Assembly: GCA_012295275.1 (NCBI GenBank)
Contig: CM022670.1
Location: 40,052,001 to 40,116,000, forward strand
Direction of reading: 5' to 3'
Source of the DNA: Chrysomallon squamiferum
Taxonomy: Eukaryota; Animalia; Mollusca
DNA: 64,000 nt
Shown here: positions 29,101 through 42,300 of the stretch, piece after piece
How the letters are laid out: each line of letters opens with the position of its first letter
Position numbering within the stretch: position 1 is the stretch's first letter
The notes under the pieces: model-generated
Databases searched by the model: none
Told to the model about the DNA's origin: nothing
What the model saw: only the letters and a program-made list of their open reading frames with translations
Made by a program: the position numbers and the translations under genes

Positions 29101-31339
29101 CCATAACGAAGTTAATAAATTTATGATGTTTTTTTACAAAAAAATTGAGATTTTTAAAAATATAAATATATATATATATGTGTGTGTGTGTGATTTGGAT
29201 TCAGGCTCAGACACAAAGACTTGATTCCTTAACGCCATTCATACTGCATGTGCTTGAGTCAAGATTTGTGTTTGAGCCTTGAGTGCTAGGTAAACTCTGT
29301 GAATAATAATAGTTTTACATATTTTTGAATTTGGATTACAAAAACCTATACAGTTAAAAATGGCAGCGACAAGCTAGTTTTAAATATTTATATAACTGAA
29401 CATGCTCGGGTTGAATGTAAGTTGGAAGAGGATCATGGTAAAGTGTCTTGCTTGCTCTAAGCGAGGACACACTACTTGTATATTTGTGTGGTATGTGTTT
29501 TCTTCTTCTTCTTCACTTATTTAGTTATCATAAACTAACAGCTTTATTATTCCACATGCTTTTTTATATATGAATATTAGAAATATATATTGCTGTTTGC
29601 TGTTATTTAGTTTTTAGTTATTTAATAGGTTTTTGCAATAATGCTTTTTTTTGTTTATGTATTTTTAAACACACAGACACACACACACACACATTCATCC
29701 ATCCATCCACTATTCATTCATCCATCTGTTCATCCAGCCATCCATCTATCCATTGATGCCTACATGCATTGGTTACTTATTGGCATGTTAGGACATCTAA
29801 ATGAATCCTTTATGCCAAATACAAATAACATGTGAATATGCACAGAACTGTACAAATGAACTTGCATAAACCTGGTATATGCATGTTTGCACCAGATAAC
29901 ATAGTTTGTTGTGCATGATTTTAAAAAGTTTAACAAAGCATATTTTTAATAACGTTTTGTAGTAATTATTGTAATCTTTGTGAATTAGAGAAAAAATCAA
30001 TGCCAAACCTTAATTCAAGCATTTTAATTCAATAATTATAAATTCAAGATTAAATATAAATATTGACAATTGTGATTCAATAGTTAATTGTTTTTTGTTA
30101 ACATATACATTTCAGAAATGAATATCCCACAGATAAATAAGTAAATAAATAAATAAATAAGACTAACAAATAATGTTTTGGTTATTCTGAATCATATTTG
30201 TATAAGTTTATTAAATGTTCATAAGCATAAAATAAATTTAAAATCTGCTTTAAATCTTGAGATTTCATTTTAATTTTGTTTATTATTTATTTTTCATATT
30301 TTCTAAACATTATGCCCATGGATGGCATGCATGTATGTTGCATGATGCAAAATGTATTCATATTGAAATCTTGAGTGAAAACATACAGAGACACATACAG
30401 ACACAGATACACAGACAATACAAACTGTTATAATTTTATTTTATTTTTTAAAATCTTTAAAATCTGTCAATAAATGAAATATTTTAACTTTTTAACTTGT
30501 TTGGATTAAAATCATTTTTAAATATGAATTATATTTAAACAACTGTGTGATCCAACTTTATGAAATAACAATACATCCATGCATAGATAATAAATTAATA
30601 ATTTACAGAATTCATAAATATGATAAATAATTATATTGAAATATTCATCTGGTTTCAATTATACAAATTTACAGAATTCATAAATATAATAAATAATTAT
30701 ATTGAAATATTTATCTGATTTCAATTATTAATAATTTACAGAATTCATAAATATGATAAATAATTATATTGAAATATTTATCTGATTTCAATTATTAATT
30801 TTTTATTTTTTATTCTTTTTTTATTGCTTTGTTATTTCTTTAGAGTATTAATATATTGTATTTTTAATTTTATTTTTTTCCTAAATTTGTTTTTAAAGTT
30901 AAAAAAGCTGTGCCAGTGAAGGAATCAGTAAAAGGTAAATTAAATTTACATTAATTTAAATAATTTTGTCAGACATACATATATCTAATAATTTTTTTTA
31001 AAGTATTTAAACAGCATTTTAAAACATTTTGGATTACTTTCTGAATTTACTTATGATTGTTACTTTTCTCTATGATTTTTTTATATCTTCAAGGGTAAAG
31101 GATAAATTTTAGATGTTTAGAAATTATTCAAAGTCATTAAGATTATCTTCTAGAATTGTTATTACCATCTTTATAAACAATATGAATGAAATATTTAAAT
31201 GGTATTTAGAAAAGTTATTTAACTCATGCATATAATTAATTTTTCATATTTCAAGAGTAAAATTCTCATCTTTATACTTGACATTCAAAACTCTTTGAAA
31301 TAAAATGCTATTTGAAATATCTTCGGAAATAATATAACA

Positions 31340-31400
<61 letters not shown>

Positions 31401-33174
31401 GTTATTGTTATTGTTATTGTTATTGTTATTATTATCATTATTATTATTGTTATTGTTATTGTTATTATTATTCTTTTGTTATTATCATTATAATTATTAT
31501 TATTATAATTATTATAATTATTATTATTATTATTATTACCATTTTATGTGGAATAAACTAAAACTATAATTCAAAAGAAACTGATTTTAAATGTGAAGTG
31601 TATGCATTTATGAATTTTTAATTTTTATTATTATTATTTTATTAATTATAGATAGGAAACAAACTGTCAGTTAACAATTTTGAATGTATCAGTTATAATG
31701 TGTACTCTACAGTGTAATGTATCAGTTATAATGTGTACTCTACAGTGTAATGTATCAATGTGTACTCTACAGTGTAATGTATCAGTTATAATGTGTACTC
31801 TACAGTGTAATGTATCAATGTGTACTCTACAGTGTAATGTATCAGTTATAATGTGTACTCTACAGTGTAATGTATCAGTTATAATGTGTACTCTACAGTG
31901 TAATGTATCAGTTATAATGTATACTCTACAGTGTAATGTATCAGTTATAATGTGTACTCTACAGTGTAATGTATCAGTTATAATGTGTACTCTACAGTGT
32001 AATGTATCAATGTGTACTCTACAGTGTAATGTATCAGTTATAATGTATACTCTACAGTGTAATGTATCAGTTATAATGTATACTCTACAGTGTAATGTAT
32101 CAGATATAATGTGTACTCTACAGTGTAATGTATCAATGTGTACTCTACAGTGTAATGTATCAATGTGTACTCTACAGTGTAATGTATCAGTTATAATGTA
32201 TACTCTACAGTGTAATGTATCAATGTGTACTCTACAGTGTAATGTATCAGTTATAATGTATACTCTACAGTGTAATGTATCAGTTATAATGTGTACTCTT
32301 CAGTGTAATGTATCAGTTATAATGTGTACTCTACAGTGTAATGTATCAATGTGTACTCTACAGTGTAATGTATCAATGTGTACTCTACAGTGTAATGTAT
32401 TAATGTGTACTCTACAGTGTAATGTATCAGTTATAATGTATACTCTACAGTGTAATGTATCGATGTGTACTCTACAGTGTATCAATGTGTACTCTACAGT
32501 GTAATGTATCAGTTATAATGTATACTCTACAGTGTAATGTATCAGTTATAATGTGTACTCTACAGTGTAATGTATCAATGTGTACTCTACAGCTGGTGAC
32601 TGGAAGGTTTGGGTGACAACTGGCAAACGAAACAGAGCAGGGACACAAAACGAGGTTGTTCTGTTTGTGTATGGGGACTTTGGCCATGCAGGACCCATTG
32701 TCCTGGGGGGTGGGGATGAAGGCTACTTCAAGGCTGGAGACACTGATGAGTTCAAGGTAAATTTCTTGTTTGGTGTTTCATGTGCATATTTCTGTTATCT
32801 CAGAGTTACAGACGTTTCTGTAAGTTTATTGTTGAAGTAACTGAAGACAAGGTAAGTGTTAAATTATAATAAAATAAATGACATTTTTAAAGTATTTTCA
32901 AAAATAAGTAGTATTTTGCTTCATGTTACTGCTGTTAAAATGACGATTGTTACCGAGATATTATTTTTTCACCTGTAAATGTTAAATGAAAATGACTTTT
33001 ATTGAATTAAAGTGTTACCTGATAGATATTTTCCATTGTTTTTTCTTAAACTGTGTACTTCCTTTTTATAGCATACAAATGCACACACACAAAAAGAATA
33101 AATTAAAAAAAAAAAAATTAAATTTAAAAAAAAATAAAATAATAATAATGATTTTAAAAGATTTTTTATTCAGA

Positions 33175-33220
<46 letters not shown>

Positions 33221-35941
33221 TTTTAAAAATGTTTATTTTATCTTATATATATTTGAATATATGTAGGTTAACTTGGGAACTAAGATGGGTGACTTGTACA
33301 AAATCAGAATTGGCAGGTATGAAGCAATTCCTGACAGTGGCTGGTTCCTGGAAAAGGTTAGCAATTAATCAGATTAGAAAAAAAAAATCTTTAACATTTA
33401 TAATCAGCTTATCAAAGTATTCACCATAAGCAAAAATATACATATATATAACGTTTTATTAAAAATAATTAACGATATACGTTTTAATTAATTCCAGATT
33501 CTAGCTGTTTAATGATTAACATTTTTTTTTTTTTTTTTTTTTACATATGAAAATAAATCAAAGCTGAAACTACATTTGTAAGTTAAATATTTAAATTTTT
33601 GAAACACTTTCCAGGTGAGAATGGCTGATTTGAACTCAGGTGAGGAACTGAATTTCAAGGTAAACCGATGGTTGTCGAGGTCTGAGGATGACAGGGACGT
33701 GTGGAGGGAACTTCCAGTGGTGCGCAGGGGACACAAACCCCTCCCAGGTAAGATTGCAGTAAATACATTTACAGAAGATGAGAGAAATTTTCATTAAGCT
33801 GGAACATCGTTGTTGTTGTGATGGATTTCATTTTCAAGATGATATGATTTTTGTATGATTAAAAAAAATAATAATAATAAATAGATGGGTATCTTCCTAC
33901 TTATAATTATGATATCCTTGAAACAAATAAACAATGAAGAAATAAAATGTGTAAAATTGGTTAAAGTGTATAAAATAAAGTACAATGATTATATAAATTT
34001 ATATTAAAATATCAAAAACTATATGAAATGGAATGAAATATATAAAAATGTATCAAAAATATAATTAATATGTGAAATAAACATAACTATGAAGTAAATA
34101 TATAAAATTATATATATTTATAAAAGTATTTAAAATAAGAATGAAAATAAAAAATATCCATATAAAAGTATTTAAAATAAGAGTAAATATAAAAAATATG
34201 TATAAAAGTATTTAAAATATTTAAAATAAGAAATGTAAAAATAATAAAAAAAATATATATAAAAAAGAATTTTTAAAAAATTGTAAATATAAAAGCATGT
34301 ATTGTTTCAGTGCTAGTGTACCAGATAGAGGTCCAGACAGGAAGCCAGACGGGGGCAGACACGGAGTCGTCTGTGTACATCACTGTGTATGGAGAGCAAG
34401 GAGACAGTGGCAGACGGAGACTGTTTTACTCAAAGTCTAACAAAGAGCCGTTCAGACGCGGAAAGGTGAAAATTCATCATTCTCCTCACCTGTCTTAGTG
34501 ATCATTTAAAACAAAATAAAAATAATTTATTAATAATAATAAAAATATAAAATAAAAATAAAAGAATAAAAATTAACAGATATGAGGCTGGATAGTTGCT
34601 ATTATGAAAAAAAAAGAAAGAAAACTGAAGTGAATTAAACATTATTATCAATTTCTGATCTGTCAGTTAGTTACTAGTTTATTTATATGATTTGATATAC
34701 AAATATTCAGATCAGTGGTGAAGGTTTTTTCTACTAAAGTCGATATTATCAATTTCTGATCTGTTAGTTAGTCACTAGTTTATTTATTTGATTTCAATAT
34801 ACAAATATTCAGATCTGTGGTGAAGGTTTTCCATACTGAAGTGTTTGCTGAGTGGAAATCTTGTTTAAAATTGGAGATGTTTTATTAGATAACAGAAACA
34901 TTCAAACTATCCAAAGCCACATATACATCATTTAAATGAAAATATAACACATGTAGCATGTCACACATGTACCTGTTTGTACAAGCACACAACTAACACA
35001 GTTGTGTGTAGTTAAATTTACTATTGTCGGGTGTGTTTGACATGTTGTGGACATTTCAGACCGATCTGTTTGAACTGGAGGCAGTTAGTCTGGGAGACTT
35101 AAAAAAGATCTACATCGGACATGACAGCATTAGGCCTGGCACTGGTTGGTTTCTCAACAACATCATCATCAAAGAGAGCGCAGACAAAGACAGCAAGAAA
35201 TACTACTTTCCATGCGACAGGTTAGAGTTGTTTTCTGTGTTGAAAATAAATGTCTGGGTAACAGAAAATATGTTATCAGTTTAAATACTACTTTCGTGTC
35301 ACAAGTTAGAACTTTGTGATATATGTTTCTCTTAAATAGCATAACTTTTTCAGCAATAGTTTTATGTTAAAAGTAGATTAGAAAAAAGCAAACTGTTTTA
35401 AAAAAATTTAAAACCTTTTTTTTTTTATATTATATATTTTTTGTCTTCAGATTATGCTGTGTTGTTTGTGTGTGTGTATTTGTGTGTCTTTTGATTAAAG
35501 GTTATATTTTTTGTATATGTAAAATACATTGCTGGTGATAATATTATTTTAAGTTATTAAGAAAATGTAATATCCAGTACTAATTATTTTATTTTTTTAT
35601 TTTTCTGTTTCAGGTGGTTAGACTCAGGGGAAGATGATAAGAAAATTGAACGAGAACTCTACCCACAGGACCCACCCTCTGCCTCAAGTATGTTTGTTAT
35701 ACACAGTCCTGAAATACTTGAATTTACTACTAGTCCTGTTTTTGTTTCTTTTTCAGTTCTTTTTCATTGTTTATTTCATTTTAAAAATTTGGATTGTCCT
35801 TTCTCTCTTTGGACATTTTTTTTTTTTTTTTTTTTTTTTTTCTGTGAATATTTAAAATATTCACAAAATGAAATCCTTGTTCCATTTTCACTATATTCAA
35901 AATTGCTCACAGATTTCAATGGATAAGTTTAATTGTCACTA

Positions 35942-35973
<32 letters not shown>

Positions 35974-38900
35974 AAGAGAAGTGAACTGTGACTGTGTTGT
36001 GTTTAGAGGGGGAGTACAAGCTGTGGGTGAAGACGACCTCTGACTCTAAGAAAGCTGGAGGTGGAGTTTATTCCATTTATTATTATTGAGCTTCTATCAA
36101 CAGCGATTACATCATCCTGTCAGCACCGTCATCGAGGACATCTCTGTTTGAACCTGGCAACGTCGACCAGTTTGAAGTGAGTGGTTTTCATTCAGTACTT
36201 TATTTTTATAAAGCTGTTTAATATTATTAAATAATTTAAAAAAAAATGGTGTCTGATTGAAAATTGCAGAAATGAAGAAAAAATTGTTAATGTAGTAGTT
36301 GTTTAAATCATTTTCTTGTCTGTGTATTTTGTTTTGTCGTCACATTGTTGTCAGATTTAAATGTAATTAATGAGTTGATGAATATATATTTTGTAATAAT
36401 AAATAATAATAATAATAAAATATATATTTTATAATACTAAATATTAATATTAACAGAAAATATATTTTGAACATGATTATTTTGTTATTATAAATGCAAA
36501 ATGAAAATAGAAAATAGTTAAATAAATAAAGACACAGCCACACACACACACACACACACCCATGCTCGCACATGCACACACACACACAAATCAGATACGA
36601 CTAAATATAAATGCTGTATATGAAATATTATATATTTGTTCTTGTTTATGTTAAAAGGTGTTGTTTTTTATAACATTTTACTAATTTAAAGATGTGTGGA
36701 GTGTTCTTCTGTTTCACATTCCTGTATTTTATTTCTGTCCAGGTGTCTGTAGGGGAAATAGGAGACTTGTACAAAATTCGAATGTCCAGGGCAGATGACG
36801 AGGCCTGGGAAGGGTGGCATTTGCTGGAGGTGAGTTTTAAAAATACCATTTTAACTAATAACTGTCTCAGTATACAGTGAGACTTGATACAATTTTAACT
36901 AATAACTGTCTCAGATTAATAACTGTCTCAGTGTACAGTGAGACTTGATATCATTTTAAAATAACTGTCTTAGTTTACAAAGACTTGATACCATTTTAAT
37001 TAATAACTGTCTAAGTATACAGTGAGACTTGATATCATTTTAATTAATAACTGTCTAAGTATACAGTGAGACTTGATACCATTTTAATTAATAACTGTCT
37101 CAGTATACAGTGAGACTTGATACCATTTTAATTAATAACTGTCTCAGATTAATAACTGTCTTAGTATACAGTGAGACTTGATACCATTTTAATTAATAAC
37201 TGTCTCAGTATACAGTGAGACTTGATACCATTTTAATTAATAACTGTCTCAGTATGCAGTGAGACTTGATACCATTTTAATTAATAACTGTCTCAGTATA
37301 CAATGAGACTTGATATCATTTTAATTAATAACTGTCTCAGTATACAATGAGACTTGAAGAAATTCAGAAGCAAATGGCGATTCTTGATGTTATGGAAAAT
37401 GTACATAGCAGCAATGTCAAATATTATTTTTAGACCAGATCTTCATCTTTTAATTTTTGCCATTTTATCTGTTCAGATATAAGAGGTAAACAGTTTATTT
37501 AGGATAGCAGTGGTTATTATTTTGTTAATTTCTTTATTAAATAGTCCTTGTATGCAGTTTTATTTAAATTGTATATACAGTAAGTTAATTAGTGTCTTGA
37601 GAAGCTACCATCATTCATAATTGTTTTAAATAATTCAGCTATTAATATGTTGTTGGATATCGAATTGTGATGTAACAATTTCACTACTTTATGTGTATCT
37701 AGTTATGGTTGTTACTTTTATACAGGTCAAACTGCTGGACAAAGGCACTGGTCAAGAGTACACTTTCCTCTTTGACCGCTGGATGGCTCGAGGAGTTGAT
37801 GATTCTGACCTGTCCAGGGAGATGGCAGTGGTCAAGCATGGACGAGTCGCTCAGCCGTGTATGAAATCTCTGTCAAATAACAAAACTACAAGAAACAATC
37901 TTTCTTTGTCTCTATTCCTTCTCTTATTTTATTTCAGAATGTTTCTAAAAAATTTTGGTTAAATATTGTGATTTTAAATTTTTAGAAAAATATAATGTGT
38001 CATTTTATACCATATAAAATGGAAAATAATTATATTTTTACAAAAAGATATGGAGATTTGGAACATTGCTTTGAATATAAATATGTTTTAAAATCCAAGA
38101 TATTTCTTAATAATTTTATTAATTTTTGTAATATTCTTAAATGCTAAACATTTAACAGTTTTTCAAATTGTAATGATAATAAAAATTACTGTTTTGTGTT
38201 CGGACTGAATTTTTTTTTTTGTTATACCTGTTCTAAATGACTATCTCATATCTGTGAAAAATTCATTTACATTTGGGACACCATCATGTTTCTTTTTCAA
38301 ATGACCATCATTATAAAAATCACAGAATTAACCTGCTAATACTTTAAAAAGACATTAAATAAAAGTGTTATCATTACCTAGTCTGACAGAGTGAAGTTTG
38401 ACTGTCTCTTCATGTTGTTTTACAATTAATCTTCCAGTGATTCACTATCAGGTAACCGTGGTTACAGGAGATCACTGGGCTGGAGGAACTGATGCCAGAG
38501 TGTTCATTAAGCTGAATGGAAAGAAAGGAGACACAGGGAAGAGAGTTCTGTACGAGTCGAAGTCTGGTGATGAAAAGTTCAGAAGGGCCAGGTAAACAGA
38601 TTCTGTGTTTGAAATGCTACAAAAACCTGTCTGTCATTTTAAATACACCGTTAGCAGTAGTAAAATAAGTCTGAATTCTTTGTCATCTTTTTTAACTTTG
38701 TGTATATGAGTAACTCAATATGTAGGGGTGTGTGTGTGTGTGTCTGTGTGTGTGCATGTGTATGTTTGTAATTTTATGTGACATTTGTATATGTCTTTCA
38801 TGTGCACATGTGTGTTATATATATATTTATATGTGACATTTGTATATATATATAAACAAGTTAAACAATTTAAACAATTTATTTTTTCATTTTTTTTCAG

Positions 38901-39332
38901 ACTGATGTGTTTGAGATTGAAGCTGTGAGCATAGAAGACATTGTGGACCTTGACATTGGTCATGACGGGAAAGGTCATGGCGCTGGCTGGTTTCTGGAGA
39001 AGGTCATGGTCAAGGATAAAGGTGATGTTCAGCATGTTTTCCCTTGTGGACGCTGGCTGGACGATGGAGAAGGTGATGGGAAGACGGAGCGCACTCTCAG
39101 ATGTCTCGGTAATTTTGTAAAAATTTTGTAAATAGTATTTTTATTTACACTGTGTTATACTGGTATATTATACATGTGTTTTGTATCAGATCTTTGTAAT
39201 GTGTCAATGCTTTATTTATATGGTGTTTTGTATAACAGTTTTTGTTTTATTTCCAAATTTATTAAATAATTTAATTGGCAATCCTTTTGCATATATTAAT
39301 GAACACTTAGCTGATTCTAACAAAATATGCTG

Positions 39333-39369
<37 letters not shown>

Positions 39370-42300
39370 GACTGTTGAGCAAGTGTTGTAAAGAATTAAC
39401 TTCAGAGAAGTGACAGTGTAGTATTTACAAACAGAAGATAGGATTGTTAAAGATTATGAATTATTTCTCTATTTTTAGATACCTTAAAGTCTGGGTGGAA
39501 ACCGAAACAGAAGAAGCCAGGAAGCAAGTCAAGTAAGTTTTTGTGTAAAAGTGTAACTGATTTGAGTTATGATTAATAAGAAGGTGATGTACTCTGAGGG
39601 ACAGAGTCCTGTGTTAGCCAAGTGTCTTTGTGCTGGGTTTTTGTTAAATTCATTTAAAGCTTATCTTTTAATTATCTTTTGTTAAGTATCTTAATCTGTT
39701 TGCACAATTAAAAATATTTTTAAAAATTGTTATAGAATTATGGATCTGATTGTATTTATTAGTTGATTTCAGAAAATAATTTACTTTTTAATTAGTATAA
39801 TTCTGTTTATTTTTAATATTAAAGTCTCATTTCTTTTCAACATTATAATGTTAATAAATTAATTTTCATTGACTAAAGAAATTAATGGTATAGCAACTCA
39901 TATAACTGACTTTAACTTTTTCTGTCAATATGATGTATAACAATCAAACTTTATTATTCTATAAATGTTTCTAACTGTTTTGAAATACATGTAAACTGCT
40001 GTTGTACAGGAGGAGAATGGACAGTTCTTGTAAAGACTGGAGATGTGCCAAACTCTGGAACCAGCGCCAACGTGTTTCTCACAGTGTGTGGTACAGACAG
40101 CTGCTCTAACCCTCTGCCCCTCACATCTTCTGATTCCAACTGCTTTGCACAGGGCAAAGTGTCAGAGTTTAAAGTATGTGTAACATCATCTTCGTAACAA
40201 CAAACTTCATTTTGAAATAGAAATGTGTTTTATTATTATTATTATTACTGCTATTACAATTTTTACTATTATTATTACTATTATTATTATTACTATTATT
40301 ATTATCATTAATATTGTTATTATTATTACTATTATTACTATTATTATTATTATTATTATTCTATTTTATTTTTTTTTTTTGATTGTTTGTTTCTGCAGTT
40401 GATACATTATATTATAATGAAAATATTTTTTCAATTTTCAGTATAATGACACACATGTTCAGTTAATCTTTTGCTACACATTTGATTGTTTCTGTATAAG
40501 AATGAATGTGCAGTTAACACAATCTTAAAGGAATGTTTTCTTTTTCTATTCATTCATTAATTTGTTATCTGTTTGCATTCACTGAACATTCAAGAGTGGC
40601 CATCTTGGTTACAATCTAAGTCAGCCACTGGGTATTTCCCAGAGAAGAGAAAAACTGGCTTCATAGTCAAAACAAGATAATAATTTACAATTTCAGGTTA
40701 AGGTTGGTCATATAGGGGAGGTAACTAAAATTCATTTGGAGCACGACAACAAGAACAGTTATCCCTCTTGGCTGGTTGATTATGTGAAAATGACTGATGT
40801 CCACACTGGACAAGAAATTGTTTTCTATCTTGACCGGTGGCTATCAGATGAAGATGGAGGGCAGTTGAGACTGGAGGCAGCAGTTACTGAGCCAAACAAG
40901 ATGCCTCTTCCAGGTAATTTGTGACGTCTCTTTTACACAAAATCATTTCTGTAGTTTTCCTGAAAGTTTTAAAAACTGTTTTAAAGGGAACAGAAAAAAT
41001 TATTTATTGAGTAGATTGTGAGGGATGGTTATTTCTTTATTTATAAGATATTTTTTTTAATAACTAGATTTTTTTTTTTTTAAATGGTTTTTTATTATTT
41101 TTATATAATAAATGAACCAAACTCGTTTATTTATCAGGACCTTCTAGAATTTTTGAATAAAACAATTTCCAAGATTGTATTATTTTAAAAATATTTTTTT
41201 TTTGTTTTTCCTACCATTATCTTTTTTATCTTATATGTATAAAAATGTAATCTCTGAAAATTCATTGTCAATGTGTTCTCATTTCAGTTAAAAGTATTAT
41301 TTTGATAATAAAACTAGAAGCTTCTAGTTTATTTTTCATTGAGAAAATATTTAATTTATTTTTCAGTTCTTCAGTACATTGTCATTGTCCAGACTGGCAG
41401 TGAAAGAGACTCTGGTGCTCCAAGTGCAACTGTCTCCATCAATCTCATTGGTAACCATGGTGATACGTCCATGCGACCTCTGACCCACTCGCTGTCTGGG
41501 AAGTCCAGCATGTGGAAACCCAAACAAAAAGACATTTTTATTCTCGAGGCTGTATCAGTGGGCAAAATAGAGAAAATTCAGCTGTCTTTTAATGGAACCA
41601 AAAAAGGTTTTTCTTTTAATCTTTTTTATTTTATTATTTTGCTTCATTTCTATCATTACACAAACAAAACCATATGTTGAAGTCTAATACCCTTCAGTAT
41701 TAAAATGTACTGTAATACTTTTAAATTGAAGAAAACAAATTAGTTATTTTTGAAAATAGAAAATGATGTCCACATACAATCATTCATAAATTTATTTATT
41801 TAATTTTATATTAATCTTTTTTGTTTTTCGTTATACATGACAATCTATTCTGTTTGGAAATCATGCCAGAATTTACTTGACATAATTTAACTGTTTTTAA
41901 AAACCTGCTTGAATGATGTGTTTGTTGTATTTATTCAGACAAACAGTGGTTTGTGAAAAGTGTGTGTGTCATGGAAAGCAGGTGGGCGCTGGCTGAGAAC
42001 ATCTTCAACTGCAACTGCTGGCTGAAAGATCCAGGAATGTCAACCAAGGAATTTGTCTCTCCTGGTAAATTTTTTAAAATAGTAATAAATTCATTGCAGT
42101 TACCAGAATATAACTGGTTTTAATATAACCAAATTAATCACTTTACAATTTTCGTTTTTTCTTCACTTTTTATTTTATTTTTTTAAATTTTCTTAATTCT
42201 GTTTTTCTTTTTCTTTCAGTGTTTTTTTTATTTTTTTTTATCTTTCTTGATAATAACATTTTTCATATGTCATTATTAATATCTTTCATTAACTTCTTAA

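Noticed and set aside
29355-29475. Possible internal first exon (AAAATGGCAGCG...GAAT|GTAAGT) and small hairpin GTGTCTTGCTT/AAGCGAGGACAC
   Set aside because: The ATG hits a stop after 5 codons and the hairpin segment resembles a common SINE-like remnant. Support is insufficient.
31680-32504. 274-aa ORF of ([11 protein letters not shown])n
   Set aside because: It is a translation of the 33/27-bp minisatellite and stays open only because the units are multiples of 3. It has no splice-phase link to the gene.
36087-36089. Selenocysteine interpretation of the in-frame TGA
   Set aside because: The position aligns with Gly, not Cys, in the other PLAT repeats. No SECIS can be assessed because the 3' UTR is outside the window, and the 29.2-kb hairpin is upstream and lacks a clear SECIS core.
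36843-37357. CRISPR-like appearance of regular palindromic repeats (also 31683-32592 and 55140-55565)
   Set aside because: There are no unique spacers and no cas genes, and the context is eukaryotic and intronic. These are head-to-tail minisatellites.
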